Assembly (NCBI GenBank): GCA_951406725.2
Contig: OX597814.1
Coordinates: forward strand, 133,176,001 to 133,240,000
From: Octopus vulgaris
Taxonomy: Eukaryota
Length of the DNA: 64,000 nt
Direction of reading: 5' to 3'
The translations under genes were made by a program, and so were the position numbers. Within the stretch, counting starts at the first letter, position 1. Every line of letters begins with the position of its first letter. The notes under the pieces are model-generated. The model did not search any database. It was given only the letters and a program-made list of their open reading frames with translations, and had not been told where the DNA came from. Shown in pieces: positions 1-15,311 of the stretch.

Positions 1-698
1 ATTTTCACAGATGTATTCTTTACATTCGTTGTGGCACAAACTTTTGGTTAACAAATTCATAGATATATTGTATAATACATTATAACATTATATCTATGCA
101 CTGATAAAACACCAGCAATTTAAAAATTGAACTATATATAGTCACACCACATGTACATAAAAAACAAGAGCATGCTTTGACCAATGTGCACCAACAATCA
201 CACTAAAATATATATATACACAAGACTAAATGAATGTTTGACCGACACGTACATACAAACAATTATTACAAATTATTTACTTTTAACTTTAACGACAAAG
301 AAATTAAGATGGACTTATTTCTTTGTTTATTTTAACTGCGTTTATTTAAATATGTCACCAATATTTGATGAAATGATTGAGGATGAGTCAAACTTGTCTC
401 GATTCTCGACTAAAAAATACAGATTGAATATATAAATAGATAGATAAATAAATAAATGGATAAATAAATAAATAGACAAATATCTCAAATTTGTTTAACG
501 TGCGTGAGTAGAAATGTGAAGTCGAATTCATTTGATGTTTCATTATCCTCAGATGTGTGCTGCATTAACTATAGACTCCAAATAAGATGAGATACAGTGT
601 AGAATGGAAATAGTCATAGATCTTTCCCCATGAGTGTTTCTACCTCTAATCTCAAGACACAATAGCTATAAATAGTTTTTCCATGGTTTCAAAATACA

Positions 699-762
699 TA
701 CTCTTTTACTCTTTTACTTGTTTCAGTCATTTGACTGCGGCCATGCTGGAGCACCGCCTTTA
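699..762 (-). mobile_element. Isolated 3' tail of a SINE/LINE retroposon (5'-truncated), ending in (TAAAAGAG)n
   Basis: Minus strand reads TAAAGGCGGTGCTCCAGCATGGCCGCAGTCAAATGACTGAAACAAGTAAAAGAGTAAAAGAGTA; it closely matches the LINE 3' end at 42805-42850. Confidence 0.75.
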
Positions 763-1964
763 GAATGACAAAAATATTCATAGACGTTTTCCAATTCAGT
801 GGAGAGTATTTAGTTAAACTAAGGATTATTACGATTTTCAAAGTGAAATATTAGTCAACGTTTGTTCAAAAACTTCATTTTAGTTTGTCCAATATTGCTT
901 TTCTTAATTTGTTTATTCTTGCTGTTCTCTATTTGAGTTGCCATAGCGGTTAAAGGAAAATAATATTTAGCAATGCTTCGTTCATGATACTTTCCAATTT
1001 GGTAGTAATATGATGTGACTCTTGTGTGCGTAAGGCATGCGTCATCAATGTAATTTTCCAGACAACTTCAATGTGTACATTAATCGTTAAATTACAAATT
1101 GTGAGTTCCAAATAAAAGGTTATTTTCAGTTTTAAAACAAGCCTTTCTTGCCCTCATGTTTTAAAAGTTTCTGTCTGTCTCTTTCTTCGCCCCTTGCACA
1201 AATTTATTAAATCCCATTTTAATAATGATTCGATATTTAAAAAGTACCAGTAACATCTCACAACATAGATCTTTATATTTTGTAACCTGAATTACTATTT
1301 ATTCCAATGTGAATTTCGTCTATGTTAAGAGTTATTTGCTGTTAGTAATTTGTGGCACTTGGATACTTTTTCTTGGATTTGATGACTGTAGAACAAGGTA
1401 AATCAGAAAATTTAAGAGGTTACCAAATGGGTTACAAATTAAATCTCATTCACACTATCGAATGTTTCAACGCCATCAGAACTACACCGACCAAAAAGGA
1501 ATAAAATTAATGAACCTCGTCAGGGTGCATAAAAAACAAATCAACGATTCCTCTGTTACAAATGCTCTATATAGTCAACATCTAGACATTTGAGTGAAAA
1601 GGAAATTCAAACTATTCTTTCCTTTCTAAAAAATGAAAGGAAATCATCAATAGCGAAAATCATCAAGAACGAAATAATCAATAATAAATAGGAAAATAAG
1701 ATTATCTTATTATAATGTTGAGTCTCAATTAAATCAACAATAGTGAGAAAAGGTACCGAAAAAAAATTATTTCTTACAATATGCGTGCCAATAGTGAAAG
1801 TGCCTAAATTCTCTGTTACCATGTCTCTAATTTCCTTTCTTAATAGATTCTTCTTAAAGTTAACAATTGCTAATTTTAGAAAATCTATTTTCAAGTATTG
1901 TAATGTACCAACAAAGTTTTCCAGAACTTATATTTGCATGCAGACAGACACATCCATCCGTCCA

Positions 1965-2372
<408 letters not shown>

Positions 2373-2939
2373 TGGTGATAATGATGATGCCAATGATACT
2401 GATGAGAATGTACTGATAATAGAAAGCAGATATCAATAGTGTTGTACTTTGTAGAGTTTAATGGGTGGCAGTAGATGGTGTGAGAAGTATAGATGGAGAC
2501 AGAAACGATGATGGTTGTGATAATCAGGGCGTTGATGTGGAGTGTGATGGTGGTATTTGGCCATGTCTATTTCTGTTGTGTGCATTCAGGAAAATCCCGT
2601 CTTTATGCATGTGCGTGTATGCTTACATGTCTGTTGCTATATTTTCGTATGTTTAGCTGTAAGTGTGCTTAAATATTTGCTGGTATTAGTATAACGTTTG
2701 CATGTCCAGTGCTGCCCAGTAAATATCTATGTATTTCTTTGTTTGCATCTGCGTACATATGTATGTATATATGTTAGTAGTATTGTGTGTATGTCTGTAT
2801 GTTTGCTTGAGTGTAGTTATATAGGTCTCCTGTGATTTGTATCAATGTCCAGCAGCGCAGTATTTTACCCGCTTCATCCACAAATCTCATCACGTCACTT
2901 TGGCGAATTTTTAGTGTTTTGCTTTCGTCAGTAGTACCG

Positions 2940-3480
2940 CCATCAGCACCATCGTTAAGTAGACTAACCGACTAATTCTTCTTTTCTATGAACACCACCA
3001 AAATCAAGATAATCATATCAATTATCATCAAAATATCAACGCCATGTGTAATAGTTCGATCACCAACATAATCATCTCCATGGTATTATCATCATTAATC
3101 ATCGTTGACATCATCATCACCGCACAATCAGCATGTACATTACTACCTTGACCACATTCACAACCATCTCGACTGCATCAACAGTCAAGCTCAACATGAC
3201 CGCTATCACTTTTAGCACAACCACCAGTAGCATAACGTCACCATTATCAGCGGGAATTTTCGTACAGTTATCAATCATCACTTAAACATCCACCATTGTC
3301 ACAATTACCGCCATCTTCTTCGACATTTCTTTCTCATCATATCAGTAACACACCACTACATCTATCTTTCCCGTCTACCTCCACCATTATTGCTAGATCA
3401 GTTTTATCATCGTCATTACAATTTCAACATTATTTACTAACTCCTACATCTTCACTGACGTCTCGAAATATGACAACACG
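2940..3480. repeat. Degenerate (CAT/CAC)n low-complexity tract
   Basis: Dense ATCATC/ACCACC words and no long ORF. Confidence 0.6.
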
Positions 3481-3587
3481 TAGGGGTGGGTCACCGCCAT
3501 ATTCTGCTCTGCTACCACTAGTATTTTACGGTCATATATAACTTCTCTGTCATTTTCCTCGTGGACGTCAACGTCATCAGATCAACT

Positions 3588-3897
3588 GTGGAGGCACATG
3601 GCCAAGTGGTTAGAGCAGTGGACTCGCGGTCGTGGGATCACGGGTTCGGATCTCAGATCGGGAGATGTGCGCGTGTTTATGAACGAAACACCTAAGCTCC
3701 ACGTGGCTCCGGCAGAAGGTAATGGCAAACCTCTGCTGACTCTTTCGCCACAACTTTCTCTCACTCTTTCCTCCTGTATCTTGCAGCCCACCTGCGACGG
3801 ACCGGCGTCCCATCCATGTGGGGAACATATACGCCAAGGAAACCGGGAAACCGGCCCTTATGAGCCAGGCATGGCTCGAGAAGGAACAAACATCATA
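3588..3897 (+). mobile_element. Full-length tRNA-derived SINE with 14-bp TSD
   Basis: A-box TGGCCAAGTGG (3599), B-box GGTTCGGATC (3643), central CCTGCGACGGACCGGCGTCCCATCCA...GGAAACCGGG segment (Meta/V-domain-like, from recall); flanked by TCATCAGATCAACT (3574-3587) and TCATCAGATCAGCT (3898-3911). Confidence 0.9.
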
Positions 3898-3921
3898 TCA
3901 TCAGATCAGCTAGGGCCCTTA

Positions 3922-4032
3922 CACTCGTCCACTAACTCAACATCTTGTACTGGGCGGTGTAGTTATCTTTCTGCTCTTTTATATATTTGTATTTCTGTCA
4001 AAATGTCTGATATGTTGGACGCAATTTTTTGA
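3922..4032. repeat. Local direct duplication, copy 2
   Basis: Matches 2027-2135. Confidence 0.9.
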
Positions 4033-5135
4033 GTAAGTAAAATATATACAGACATCAAAAGGTTTTATGAACAGAATAAGCTATTACTTACAGTTTCATG
4101 TGATGTACTTCGAGATATAACATTCCAAAAACTGAACCGGAATTATTTCAGGTACTCTGAAAAGTTTATAAAATTCCTACGATGTCAAAAAGCAAAGGAT
4201 TCCCGCCGGTAACAATGAAGTTTCTAAACTGGACGGAAAATTCGATGGATTACTCAGACCTACTGGTGGAACGACTGCCATGTCTACAGGAGATAGGGAT
4301 TCAAGCCCTAAGAGAAGTCTTTGGGTTTCTCCCTCTAATGTTTACATGCTATTATGTATAGCTTTATGTGATGTACCTCGAGATCTAATATTCCAAAAAT
4401 TATTTTACTTACTCTCGAATGTTTATAAAATCCTTGTGATTTGAATGGTGTAAACACACACACACACACAAACACACACATATCAAATGGATGCCTTGTC
4501 AAACTATTCCACACATACAATAATAGCTATAACAACAAACCAACGCACCTCCTTCATCAGCTGCCCTACGGATATCACTATGATTTCGACACCTGCGCCG
4601 CATCATTCAATCCGGCGGTGTCAACAACACTAAAATAAGTGCTGTTTGTGACCAAACAAACCTTAGATATCACCACATTCATTCATTCAATCTTATTTCT
4701 ATGAAGGATTAAAAACTAACATTATTAATTAAACTACAACAAAGAAACCACATTGGAGTGGGCATCGTGGTTTATTACTACAAATTGCACTGATATAAAC
4801 ATGCTATAAATTGTATTATTACACAATATAACGTGTTGCTACAATCCTACGCAGCTTCCCGTAAGGTGTTCCCCATACAGATGGATGAAGCGAATACTTT
4901 TCTATGTATGTATACATATTTACAAACATACATAAGTATATATACGTTTATATATTTGTTTTGCAAGATGTGAAATCGTGTGTTGAAAGAGATATTGTTG
5001 TATTTATGAATGGTCATTTTGCCAGTTTAGCCAATAATGTAAAAAATAAATAACGCTGAAGCAAAGTAACACCAAATATATAGTGCGTGTGCTTTTATTG
5101 GCTAAACCGGCAAAATAACCATTCCTAAATACAAC

Positions 5136-5317
<182 letters not shown>

Positions 5318-7737
5318 AAGCAGTCACTTATTTTAAATACTTCCAGGCAGAGCCTTTTCTACAATAATTGCCGCGGCTGATAACATTAAGAAGGTAATAT
5401 AACAGTATCCGGATATTTACCAAAATTTGAATTCTAAGTTTGTTATTTATTTTCCTGCTTTAATGTATTATTTTATGGCCTTATTTTGTATTTTCTTATT
5501 TATTACATTTACTAGTTATTTAGAATTGTTAATCTCATTCTTCCACTACGTATGTTTTCATTTATTTTATTTACGATTCATTTCCAATTCGTCTTAATAT
5601 AATGTAATCATTTCAAACTTTCTAAATTTACATCTAGGTTGTAATGAAGTAGAATGAATTCGTTGATATAATAATATTGTATATTACCTAATCAGTAACT
5701 TTCCCTATGGCATTATACAATTTTCGCCTTGATGAATTTTCATTAATTTTGTCTTATTCTTATCTTTAATAATGACATTGTACTGATATAACAATTATTA
5801 TTGGTTGTATATAGTAAATACAGGAATAATGTAGAGTAGCTGAGGCAGTAAATAGAATGGTTTACTGAGGTATTACAGTATTTAGTTTAATACCTGTTTG
5901 TTTTGAGATTTTGTTCATCGCTATTGTCTTTCACTTAAAACCTACGGGTTTAACGATCGTTTCGTGAGACTTGATACAGTAATAACAATCCCAAATAGAC
6001 AAAAATGAAAGTTTATCACTCATAAAGTGCAAATTATGAACTAGAGTGAACAATAACAAATACAAAAACAGGTAAGCATTCTGGAAAACTTTTATGGAAC
6101 TAAAATATACTTCATTATTCATATCTTAATAAAAGCTCCAAAATATGATACTTCAAGTTCTCATATCAACTCTGATATGTCAGGACTGGTGGAACCTCCA
6201 TGGAAAAAATTAAACTAACACTAATAATGTATGACAATGCTCTGGAGATTCGTGTTTTCAAAATAAAAAGAAATAGTATGAAGAAAATTAATATTATAAA
6301 ACCTCCAACAAAGCACAAAGCTACATACACTGGCTACATGTTAATACATTCTTAAACATTATCTAAAATCAGCACAAGTAAAGATACAATAGCCCGCTTA
6401 ATGTACATTGTTACTGCCCTTTCAAGCTAAATACGGTAACTGGTCTGCAAGCGCCAATTTCCTTTTCCCGAACATAGATATAGAGCAGAATCTACTCTAT
6501 ACTACTTTCTCACCTATCGTTTCTCTAATTCTCTTCTTTTCTCTAGTTCCCTTTTTTCTTCTCTTCATGGTTTTTTATCTGTCTTTCTCTTCCCTCTTTC
6601 TCCGTTTCTCTGTCTCGTTGCTCACACGAGCCCATCGTCCATCTTTCTTTTCCTCACACATACATACATACATACGCACATACATACATACGCACATGCG
6701 CACACAACACATATAGATAGAGAGAGATGTATATATGTATGCATGTATGTATAAAGAGTGAGATTTGGTCTGTAGAGTAAATTCATATGCATTAATTATT
6801 GTGAACGTGTTGAGAGGAAGCTGACCTTCTTGGACATACATGTGTGTGTGTGTGTGTTTTACAAAGGAGAAAGGTTTTTTTCCTACTTAAACTGAAGTGT
6901 GAACGATTTTCTTGAACAGAATTACGATAGTTGATTAAGAACTGCATAGTTTGAAGTTATCGATTTGTGTCCTTACCTTTACACCAGTCGCTGGACCAAA
7001 ACTTTATTTATTTCTTCTCTCAATACCGTAAATCAATTGTCTCATTGATTTCGAACTTGCGGTCGATTTCACGCACGTTGAAATCGTCAGAGAAAATAAG
7101 TTATTATATCCTAATACTATCCGAGCTTTTTTATTTACCGAAATATTCCTCGAAAGTATAGAAATAATCTGTTTCCACTGTTGTTATATTTGTGGTTATT
7201 GTAAGCCTAAGATTTCATATAACTTGTTTTATCTGCTTTTCCTTCATCTTGAATATTATAGGAATCTAGAGAAGAAATAACAAAACCACTTTGCTATCGA
7301 TGTTGAGACCTTCTTGTAATTGTATTTGATATTTTATTTTCTTAGAAATGTTTGAAGTGGTAGTTTCAGAAATAATACTTTCTATTTCAATGGCGATAAC
7401 CTTTCTTTTTATATATTTTTATCTTCTATTATTTGTCGTTGCTTTTCTTTTCCTCAATCGTTTTGTCTTCGTTTACCAGAGGATTCTTTGTTATTGTTAT
7501 TTATTTTTCAATAAATTAAGAGATATTTTATAATATTTGGTACATATTTCTACGACAAAATGACAAAAACAATGCAAAATATAACATTAAAAAGGATAAA
7601 TGAAAGGACGACTGTAACAGCTGTTATAATTTCTTGTAAACAACGGTTAGTAGTACATAGGTATAAATTTCCAAGGTTACAGCTGAAATATTTTTCACAT
7701 ACTTAAAAATTTACCATCACTGGTAAAATAAAGAATA

Positions 7738-8195
7738 TGATTCTTTCTACTATAGGTTACACGACCTTAAAATTTGATTCTTTTTGGAGGTTGAGGAGCT
7801 AGTCAATTATATCAACTCCAGAGTTCAACTGGAGTTTATTGTAGCCACCAAGTAAGAATAAAAAGCATGGTTAACCTCAATGGAACTTGAAACAAGAATG
7901 TAAAACAAAAACGGTCAGAGAAATGCCTCAAAGTAGTAGCATCCGATACGCTGACCATTCTGCCACCACGTCATCTTACATTGATTGCTTTACATTTTAG
8001 TGCAATGACTGACATTTTGAGAGAGGGGTTTAGTTGATGATATTGACCCCAGTCCTCAACAGGTAGTTATTTTATTGACCCTGAAAAGATGACGGACAAT
8101 GTTGAGCTCGGCAATATTTGCACATAGAAAGTAAAAAACCAGAAGAAATACTACTATGTTATTTGTCCGACGCGCTAACGATTCTGCAAGCTCAC
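7738..8195 (-). mobile_element. Two old, tandem, degraded copies of the GGCGGCGAGCTGGCAG-headed SINE family
   Basis: Reverse-complement similarity to 47441-47662 (TTCTTTCTACTATAGG tail; TTATTGACCCTGAAAAGATGA core; CGCTAACGATTCTGCAAGCTC head). Confidence 0.65.
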
Positions 8196-8620
8196 AATTT
8201 TAATAATGATAATAATACGAATATGAAAAATAATCACGTTCTGCATATTTATTATTGTTGCTAGCTTTATTATCATGCATTATGTGTACTGTAGCATTGT
8301 CATTTATAGGACGCCAATGAGCTTATGACTGACTTCATATATTTCGACGCCAGAGAGTTCATAGAAATGGATTTTTCAATTTTCTGAACGACTACATAAT
8401 CGCTGGTATACATTCACAAACAAATGTGTGTGTGTTTGTGTGTGTGCGTGTGTGCATGCGGTAAAATTTAAGAGCTGATAAAAGTGTTCGATATATAATA
8501 AGCAAGGCATCAATTTTGCAACGCTGTAACAGCTAGCAAAAAGGATTAAAATCCAGCTGACTAGAAATGGTAATTACGGAGCCTGAAGAATAGCCTGGTT
8601 TATACACAAACACACACAGT

Positions 8621-8687
<67 letters not shown>

Positions 8688-9830
8688 ATATACATATATA
8701 TATACATAAATACTTATACATATATATATATACATGTATAAATATATACGCGCACTAACATTAAACTATTTTTCTATAGTCAATATAAGGTGAGGACTTA
8801 GCGTAGTAGTTTCTTCAGTTCCATCTTGATTTTAATCTCACCATAAACATTTTTTCTTGCTCTAAATTCAAAAGGACCTGATTATCGACTTCCTCTCCAT
8901 TCTAGTGAAATAACTGTCCTCGAATAACATCACCCGTTCTAAACATCCGCTCTTTTAAAACAAGTTTAGTGGTTTCTGTTATTGTTTGTATAGCTTCAAC
9001 CATGAATGAACTAAAATTATAATATTAAAATATTAGATTTTTTCCAAACAATACTCATGTCGCTGGCTGTTGTCTAAATCATGAACATTAGAAATTTTGA
9101 AATGTATTCTGACTTTTAAAGTTCTTTAATTTTTCGTAAGGTCAGTTATACTCCCTCCAGTTATTTCTTCACTAGCTGGTGAAATATTTTTGGAAGATGT
9201 GATCAAACAATTCCCAGTGGCTGTAGTAGCAATGTTGTATTCAGTGGCCAATGTACAGATGGATCTAATATTTTAACTCAAACCACCAGCCAATTGTAGG
9301 TGAAGCATCTGGAGCATGGTTTACAATTTCATGAAGAATGTGATTAAAATGTTTTAAAATCTGAATTCAAAGCCTCGCTAAAGTTTTCGGCCTCTTCAAT
9401 TAATCACCAATAAGGATTTTATAAGCTAATAAATATTTGGAATTTTTTATGAACCGATAGGAAATACTTGCTGAACTTTTAGGAGCGAATAGATTCCTGG
9501 TCGAATGCAGTGACCTATGTGGCTTCACCCCTTACAGTCGTATTCGCACTTCTGCCCTGTAACCCTGAGGTTGCTTTGAACCTCATGAATCATTCAAAAT
9601 TTCCACAAAGTATTTCGGCACTTTATATCCCAGTCCTGTTTTCGGCTTTCTTTTCATTTCTGCAACCAAAGTTACAGTATTCATTTCGATAGTAATTAGA
9701 TGTAATAGAATTCAATATCGATTGCAATATTCGATCGAAATTGACAACATTCAATTTCAATCATTGCAGTATTTATACTTGCCATTATTTGGAAATTCGA
9801 TTGTACAGCAGGTTTTACTTATTGCATATA

Positions 9831-11461
9831 CAGATGCCGCCAAAATGTTCATAACGGCATTGTTTTCGTCAGAAAAGAAGGTACAATTTTTTATCAAAGT
9901 TGTTTTATATTCTATAATTTTCACAGAGAATAAATACGATATCATTTGTTATTGTCTGAGATTCTGGTGTAATTTGAGAGGATAATACAAAAGTTATGGA
10001 TGATTTAGTGATTTACTGCAAAAGCCGTACCGGCCAAAATGATCAGAACGGTTGAAAAAATAACAAAATAATCAAAAATGACAGAGAATACTGGAATTAT
10101 TTAATATTTAGCGTGAAGCCCTTTAGCTTCAATCACACTTTGACATCTTCGATTGCATGAGGAAACTAAATTTACAATGTCTTGCTGGGTGATCTTATTC
10201 AAGTTTCTTCCTGATAGGCATTCCATAATTACTCGGTTGTTTTAGGATTTCTGGCTTTCGAACGTTCTCCTAGAATATTCCACACATTTTCAATAGGATT
10301 GAGATCCGGGCTTTGAGCAGGCCAATCCATAACAATAACCTTTTCAGCCTTGAGGAAGTTCATGACCACTTTAGCCTTGTGACATGGGGCATTGTTCCGC
10401 ATGAATATGGATGGTCGCTTAGTTGAATTTCTCAGCACAGGCAAGACATGATCTTTTACAAGTTGTTTATAAACTCCTGCATTTTACTTTCCATGTAATC
10501 GCACCAAAGGGCCCACACCATGTCCAGATATCATCCCCCAAACCATGACACTTCCTCCACTGAATTTAACACTAGTCTTAAGGCATTTAGTCGACAATTT
10601 TTCACCTACTTTTCTACGAACGTACCTTTTCCCATCTGAGCCAAATAACATAGACTTAGATTCATCACTGAAATGCACCGTTTGTCATTTTTCTTGAGAC
10701 CACAACACATGTTCGGTTGCAAAGGTAAGACGACACTTTTTATTCTTGAAGCTGATCAGTGGCTTCACTGCAGGTGCTCTTGCTTGTAGGTCATGTTCAA
10801 CTAAACGACGAGACACAGTTTTTCGAGATAAATTTTTCTTCAGTACAATGCTCATTTCCCGAGAAACAGCAGCAGCAGTTTTAAATCTGTCCTTTTTAAC
10901 CAACTTTATCATAGCACGATCTTCTCTCTTGGTCATTTTTCTTGGTCTACCTGAAGACATTCTTGCTTCACACGAACCACAATCATCGTAGACCTTAATA
11001 ATACCATGAACAACACTTTTTGACTTGTTAACAATCTTTTCAATAGACCCAATAATTAAATTATCCTTCTTTCGAAGTTTAATAATCTGCTGACGAATTG
11101 GTAACGGAGTAAGTGGCATTATATAAACAAAGTACACTGCAGATATTCTTACTAATGTTTAGTAAACGAGCCGTCAAGTAAACAAATTCAAAACATTAGA
11201 GTTCGCCGGTTCAATATACTAAAGCACGGAGTAAACGCAACCGTTCTGATCATTTTAGCCGCCATGGGTTTTGAAGTAAAGCATTAAATCATCCCTGACT
11301 TTTGTATTATCCTCTCAAATTACACCAAAATCGTAGGCAATAACAAATAATATCGTATTTATTGTCTGTAAAAATTATAGTATATAAAACAAATTTGATA
11401 AAAAATTATACCTACTTTTCTGACGAAAACAATGCCGTTCTGAACATTTTGGCCGCAACTG
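9831..11461 (-). mobile_element. Complete Tc1-family DNA transposon with ~225-bp IR/DR-type TIRs and TA TSD
   Basis: TA|CAGATGCCGCCAAAATGTTCATAACGG... at the left end and ...CCGTTCTGAACATTTTGGCCGCAACTG|TA at the right; TIRs 9831-10054 and 11238-11461; transposase inside. Confidence 0.95.
10101..11119 (-). pseudogene. Tc1 (DD34E-type) transposase, disrupted
   Basis: MPLTPLPIRQQII...SGRPRKMTKREDR (paired HTH and GRPR), HFSDES, VMVWGMIS, FMRNNAPCH (second D changed to N), WPAQSPDLNPIENVW, ...IEAKGLHAKY*; in-frame stops and a frameshift. Confidence 0.92.
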
Positions 11462-11842
11462 TAAGTCTTTCTGATCTGATTTTTTCTGAGGTTCTTCAGT
11501 AGCATAGTCTCAGACTCTTTTACCTCTGCCAGTGTGATTTTTTTTTAACAGTAAGACTTTCATTAACAGTAAGACTTTGCAATTTGACTGTAAGAAATAA
11601 ATATTATTGTTGTTTTTTTTTTCGTATGCTACAATATTCCACTTTTTGTAAACATTCTCGTAAAATAATGCTGCGGTACTCAGTATTTATGACCAATAAT
11701 TATATAATGAAGAGTTGGAGACCACCCTACCCAATTAAAACAGTTTCGGAAAAAACTACTCAAGAATTTATACGGTTATTAATAATGAATACAAAACCCA
11801 CAAACACGGAATGCATTATGCAATATTTCTGTCTATTTTGTA

Positions 11843-12420
11843 TACAATGTGTCCGTTAAGTTATGATGGAATTTCGAAATTATGTATCGTTCTAACTTTC
11901 AACACTACACATTTCGTATACATGTTGAATAAGAGTCCATCTGATAAAGTTTACGTACAGTTTAGCGCAGTTCCATGTGCCTAGTATTTGTTGCCCAACA
12001 GATATCTTATTGATGCTCTAGTGAGATAAGTGAAGAAAAAGGGAATTGTGTGCGCAGAACTTCCCGTGACGGTCACGCGAACGACTCCACGCCAAGCTGA
12101 TTCATCAGTCAACACGTGAACGTTGCAAAGGAAACTTCAATGTGTATTTTGGCTTGCGAAATTCGAATCTGTGATGTGTTCGTCGTGAATACCGTTGTGT
12201 TTAATGTAGTCACCACATGAAAACAATATTCAACGTTGAGCTCGCCAGCTTAAGGTAACAGGTAGATTGTTGGATGCAAAACGTTCCGGCAGGTCATCGG
12301 TTAATGATGAGTCAGTTAAGGATATCAGGGAGCCCAAAGAAAGCGGTACGTATCTGCGCTAAACATCTAGACATTAAGAATAACACAGTTCACAAAGCTC
12401 ACAAGAAATATAGGTAAACT
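11843..12420 (+). mobile_element. Degraded Tc1/mariner-superfamily relic (DUF4817-type HTH N-terminus)
   Basis: TA-CAATGTGTCCG terminus-like start; broken reading ...KLQCVFWLAKFESV...PHENNIQR...LKVTGRLLDAKRSGRSSVNDESVKDIR. Confidence 0.55.
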
Positions 12421-12514
12421 TAATTAACTGGAATCTTATTCAACATGCATATGAAATGTGTAGTGTTGCAAGTTACATCAATGGTTTTGAAATGCCACCA
12501 TGACTTTAAGCATA

Positions 12515-13190
<676 letters not shown>

Positions 13191-14199
13191 TTAGAAATCA
13201 AATAGTATTATTTTCTACTGATAACCACCGTAATGGTTGAATTATGAATAGAAAATAATGGCCCGACAAGGCACCAATGTTTGCTATGTAAAGCTTCACA
13301 GAATGCACAGAGGCAAAGGTGTATGCGGGCGGCGAACATATAAAAATTGTCTTGCTTCTAGCAGAAACGCCAGAGAAATGGATAACCTAGTACTTTCCAG
13401 AATATGTTAGTTATCTCAAATCTGGTTAGTCTTTGTCAGCCTGTTCACCTAAGACAAAATTTAAAATATTCGCTACATCGATGCCTATACACTCGGCTGA
13501 TAGCCCAAGCCATAAACAGAGCTGAGATCAGTGAATAGTTTTATATAAAAAAAAATTATAAACATTATTACAATACAATACTATTATTTTTCAGCGATAA
13601 GCACTGTAAAGTTTGAATTATGAATAGGAAAATAGTGTGCAACAAGGCACCGCTGTTATCGACTGCTATTTCCAGCAGGCAAACGTTCGTGCCATGCTGC
13701 GCCATTATTTCCTGTATATATATATAACACATCATTTGATAAACACAAATATATGTATTGTATTTATTAATATTTATCTCTCATCAGATGGAGTACATTT
13801 TTATTGATCTTCCCATCACGGAACAGTACAATGTGTGTGTGTGTGTGTGTGTGTGCTTATGAATGTATGTATATGTATGTATTAAGTAATCAAATGCAGT
13901 AGAGAATAACTGAAAAGATGTGAAGAAAGCGATGCATTAGAGCGATGCATTCGGTAGCAATGGAAAGAATAAAATTATAAAGCATTATCTTTAATATCTT
14001 TATATATACTGTATTCGGTAGTGCGTCTCAAATTTATAAGTAGAACTGAAGTTTGATTTGAAACTACCGACCGTTTAGACTCGGGGTCCACTATAATCGA
14101 ATTCATGTGGTCGAAAAGCAAATTTAACAATGCCTCAGTTTTATAGAGTTGATTTTACGTAGCATAAAGATTGTAGAATCTCTTTATAATTTAGATACT

Positions 14200-14550
14200 C
14201 TGTAAATGAGTCTGTCAACGGAACAGCCTGCTCCTGAAATTAACATGTGAGTGGCTGAGCACTCCACAGCGACGTGTAGCATTAACGTATTGAGGAGATT
14301 TAACGTGACACAGTGTTTGACAAGGCTGACCCTTTGAAACGCAAGTACAACAGAAGCAGGAAGAAAAAGTGAGAAAAAGTTGGGGTGAGAAAAACTCGGC
14401 ACGGTTCGCCACCATCCCCTCTTGGAGCTGCGTGATGCTTTAGGTGTTTCGGTGTTTCCGCTCGATAAACAATCATGGTCTGGGAATAGAAACGCCTGGT
14501 CTGGGAATCGAAGCCGCGATCTCACAACCGCAACTCCGCTGCCCTTACCA
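14200..14550 (-). mobile_element. tRNA-derived SINE sharing its head and middle with 3588-3897 but with a different 3' half
   Basis: Minus strand: TGGTAAGGGCAGCGGAGTTGCGGTTGTGAGATCGCGGCTTCGATTCCCAGACC...GAAACACCTAAAGC...CAACTTTTTCTCACTTTTTCTTCCTG, then unrelated sequence (...GTGGAGTGCTCAGCCACT...CAGGCTGTTCCGTTGA). Confidence 0.75.
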
Positions 14551-14569
14551 TATATAAATATATATATAT

Positions 14570-14661
14570 AAACTTTGAAAGCTGGGATCCATATCATTAA
14601 CAAGAAGCAGCGCTATTGTTGCTATGATGTTGCACATAACACATCTCTTTCTCAAACATTG
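14570..14661 (+). repeat. Inverted-repeat arm paired with 17863-17958
   Basis: AAACTTTGAAAGCTGGGATCCATATCATTAACAAG...ACACATCTCTTTCTCAAACATTG is an imperfect reverse complement of 17863-17958. Confidence 0.85.
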
Positions 14662-14827
14662 CACTGCAACTTAATGAAATTTGTAAATTGTATAGAAGAC
14701 AGGTGTCTCATTAAATTTGTAGCATACTACCCTTTGTGCTTAAACTAGATCATTTGTTAAAATTTGGGGCTTCTAATTAGCGATGAGTGAGCGGCAAAAT
14801 GTTAACATTTCATTGGTGTGCATCTTC

Positions 14828-14830
<3 letters not shown>

Positions 14831-14883
<53 letters not shown>

Positions 14884-14896
14884 TATGCATATGTAC

Positions 14897-14971
<75 letters not shown>

Positions 14972-15030
14972 TATGCATATGTACATATGTATATATATAT
15001 ATATATATATATCATATGTACAAAACATAT

Positions 15031-15070
<40 letters not shown>

Positions 15071-15078
15071 TATGCATA

Positions 15079-15124
<46 letters not shown>

Positions 15125-15150
15125 TATATACTGATATATATCTATCTATC
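14831..15150. repeat. Higher-order compound microsatellite: (TA)n(GA)nTATGCATATGTACAT units
   Basis: The ATATGCATATGTACAT spacer recurs between TA arrays at about 14883, 14971 and 15070. Confidence 0.85.
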
Positions 15151-15311
15151 TAGAAAAATGTTGATTCAGATGAATACGGTACTTAAGTTGAGGCACCAGA
15201 ATTTAGTATTGGGTTATCCATGCAATTTCAAAATAAGTTGATTAAAATCAAAATAAGCAACAAGGATATCCACAGGTAATGCAATATGATCGTTTCATGC
15301 GACTCCATTTA

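Noticed and set aside
1607-1894. 95-aa minus-strand ORF with a hydrophobic C-terminus, faintly like a chemoreceptor TM7
   Set aside because: Non-ATG start, AT-rich composition explains the hydrophobicity, and no convincing motif or splice context.
3590-3662. tRNA gene
   Set aside because: A and B boxes are present, but it continues into a SINE body with a TSD and has no clean cloverleaf.
8800-9660. Possible hAT-like transposase relic around the Tc1 insertion
   Set aside because: Only a faint ERMF-like word; no termini or continuous frame could be supported.
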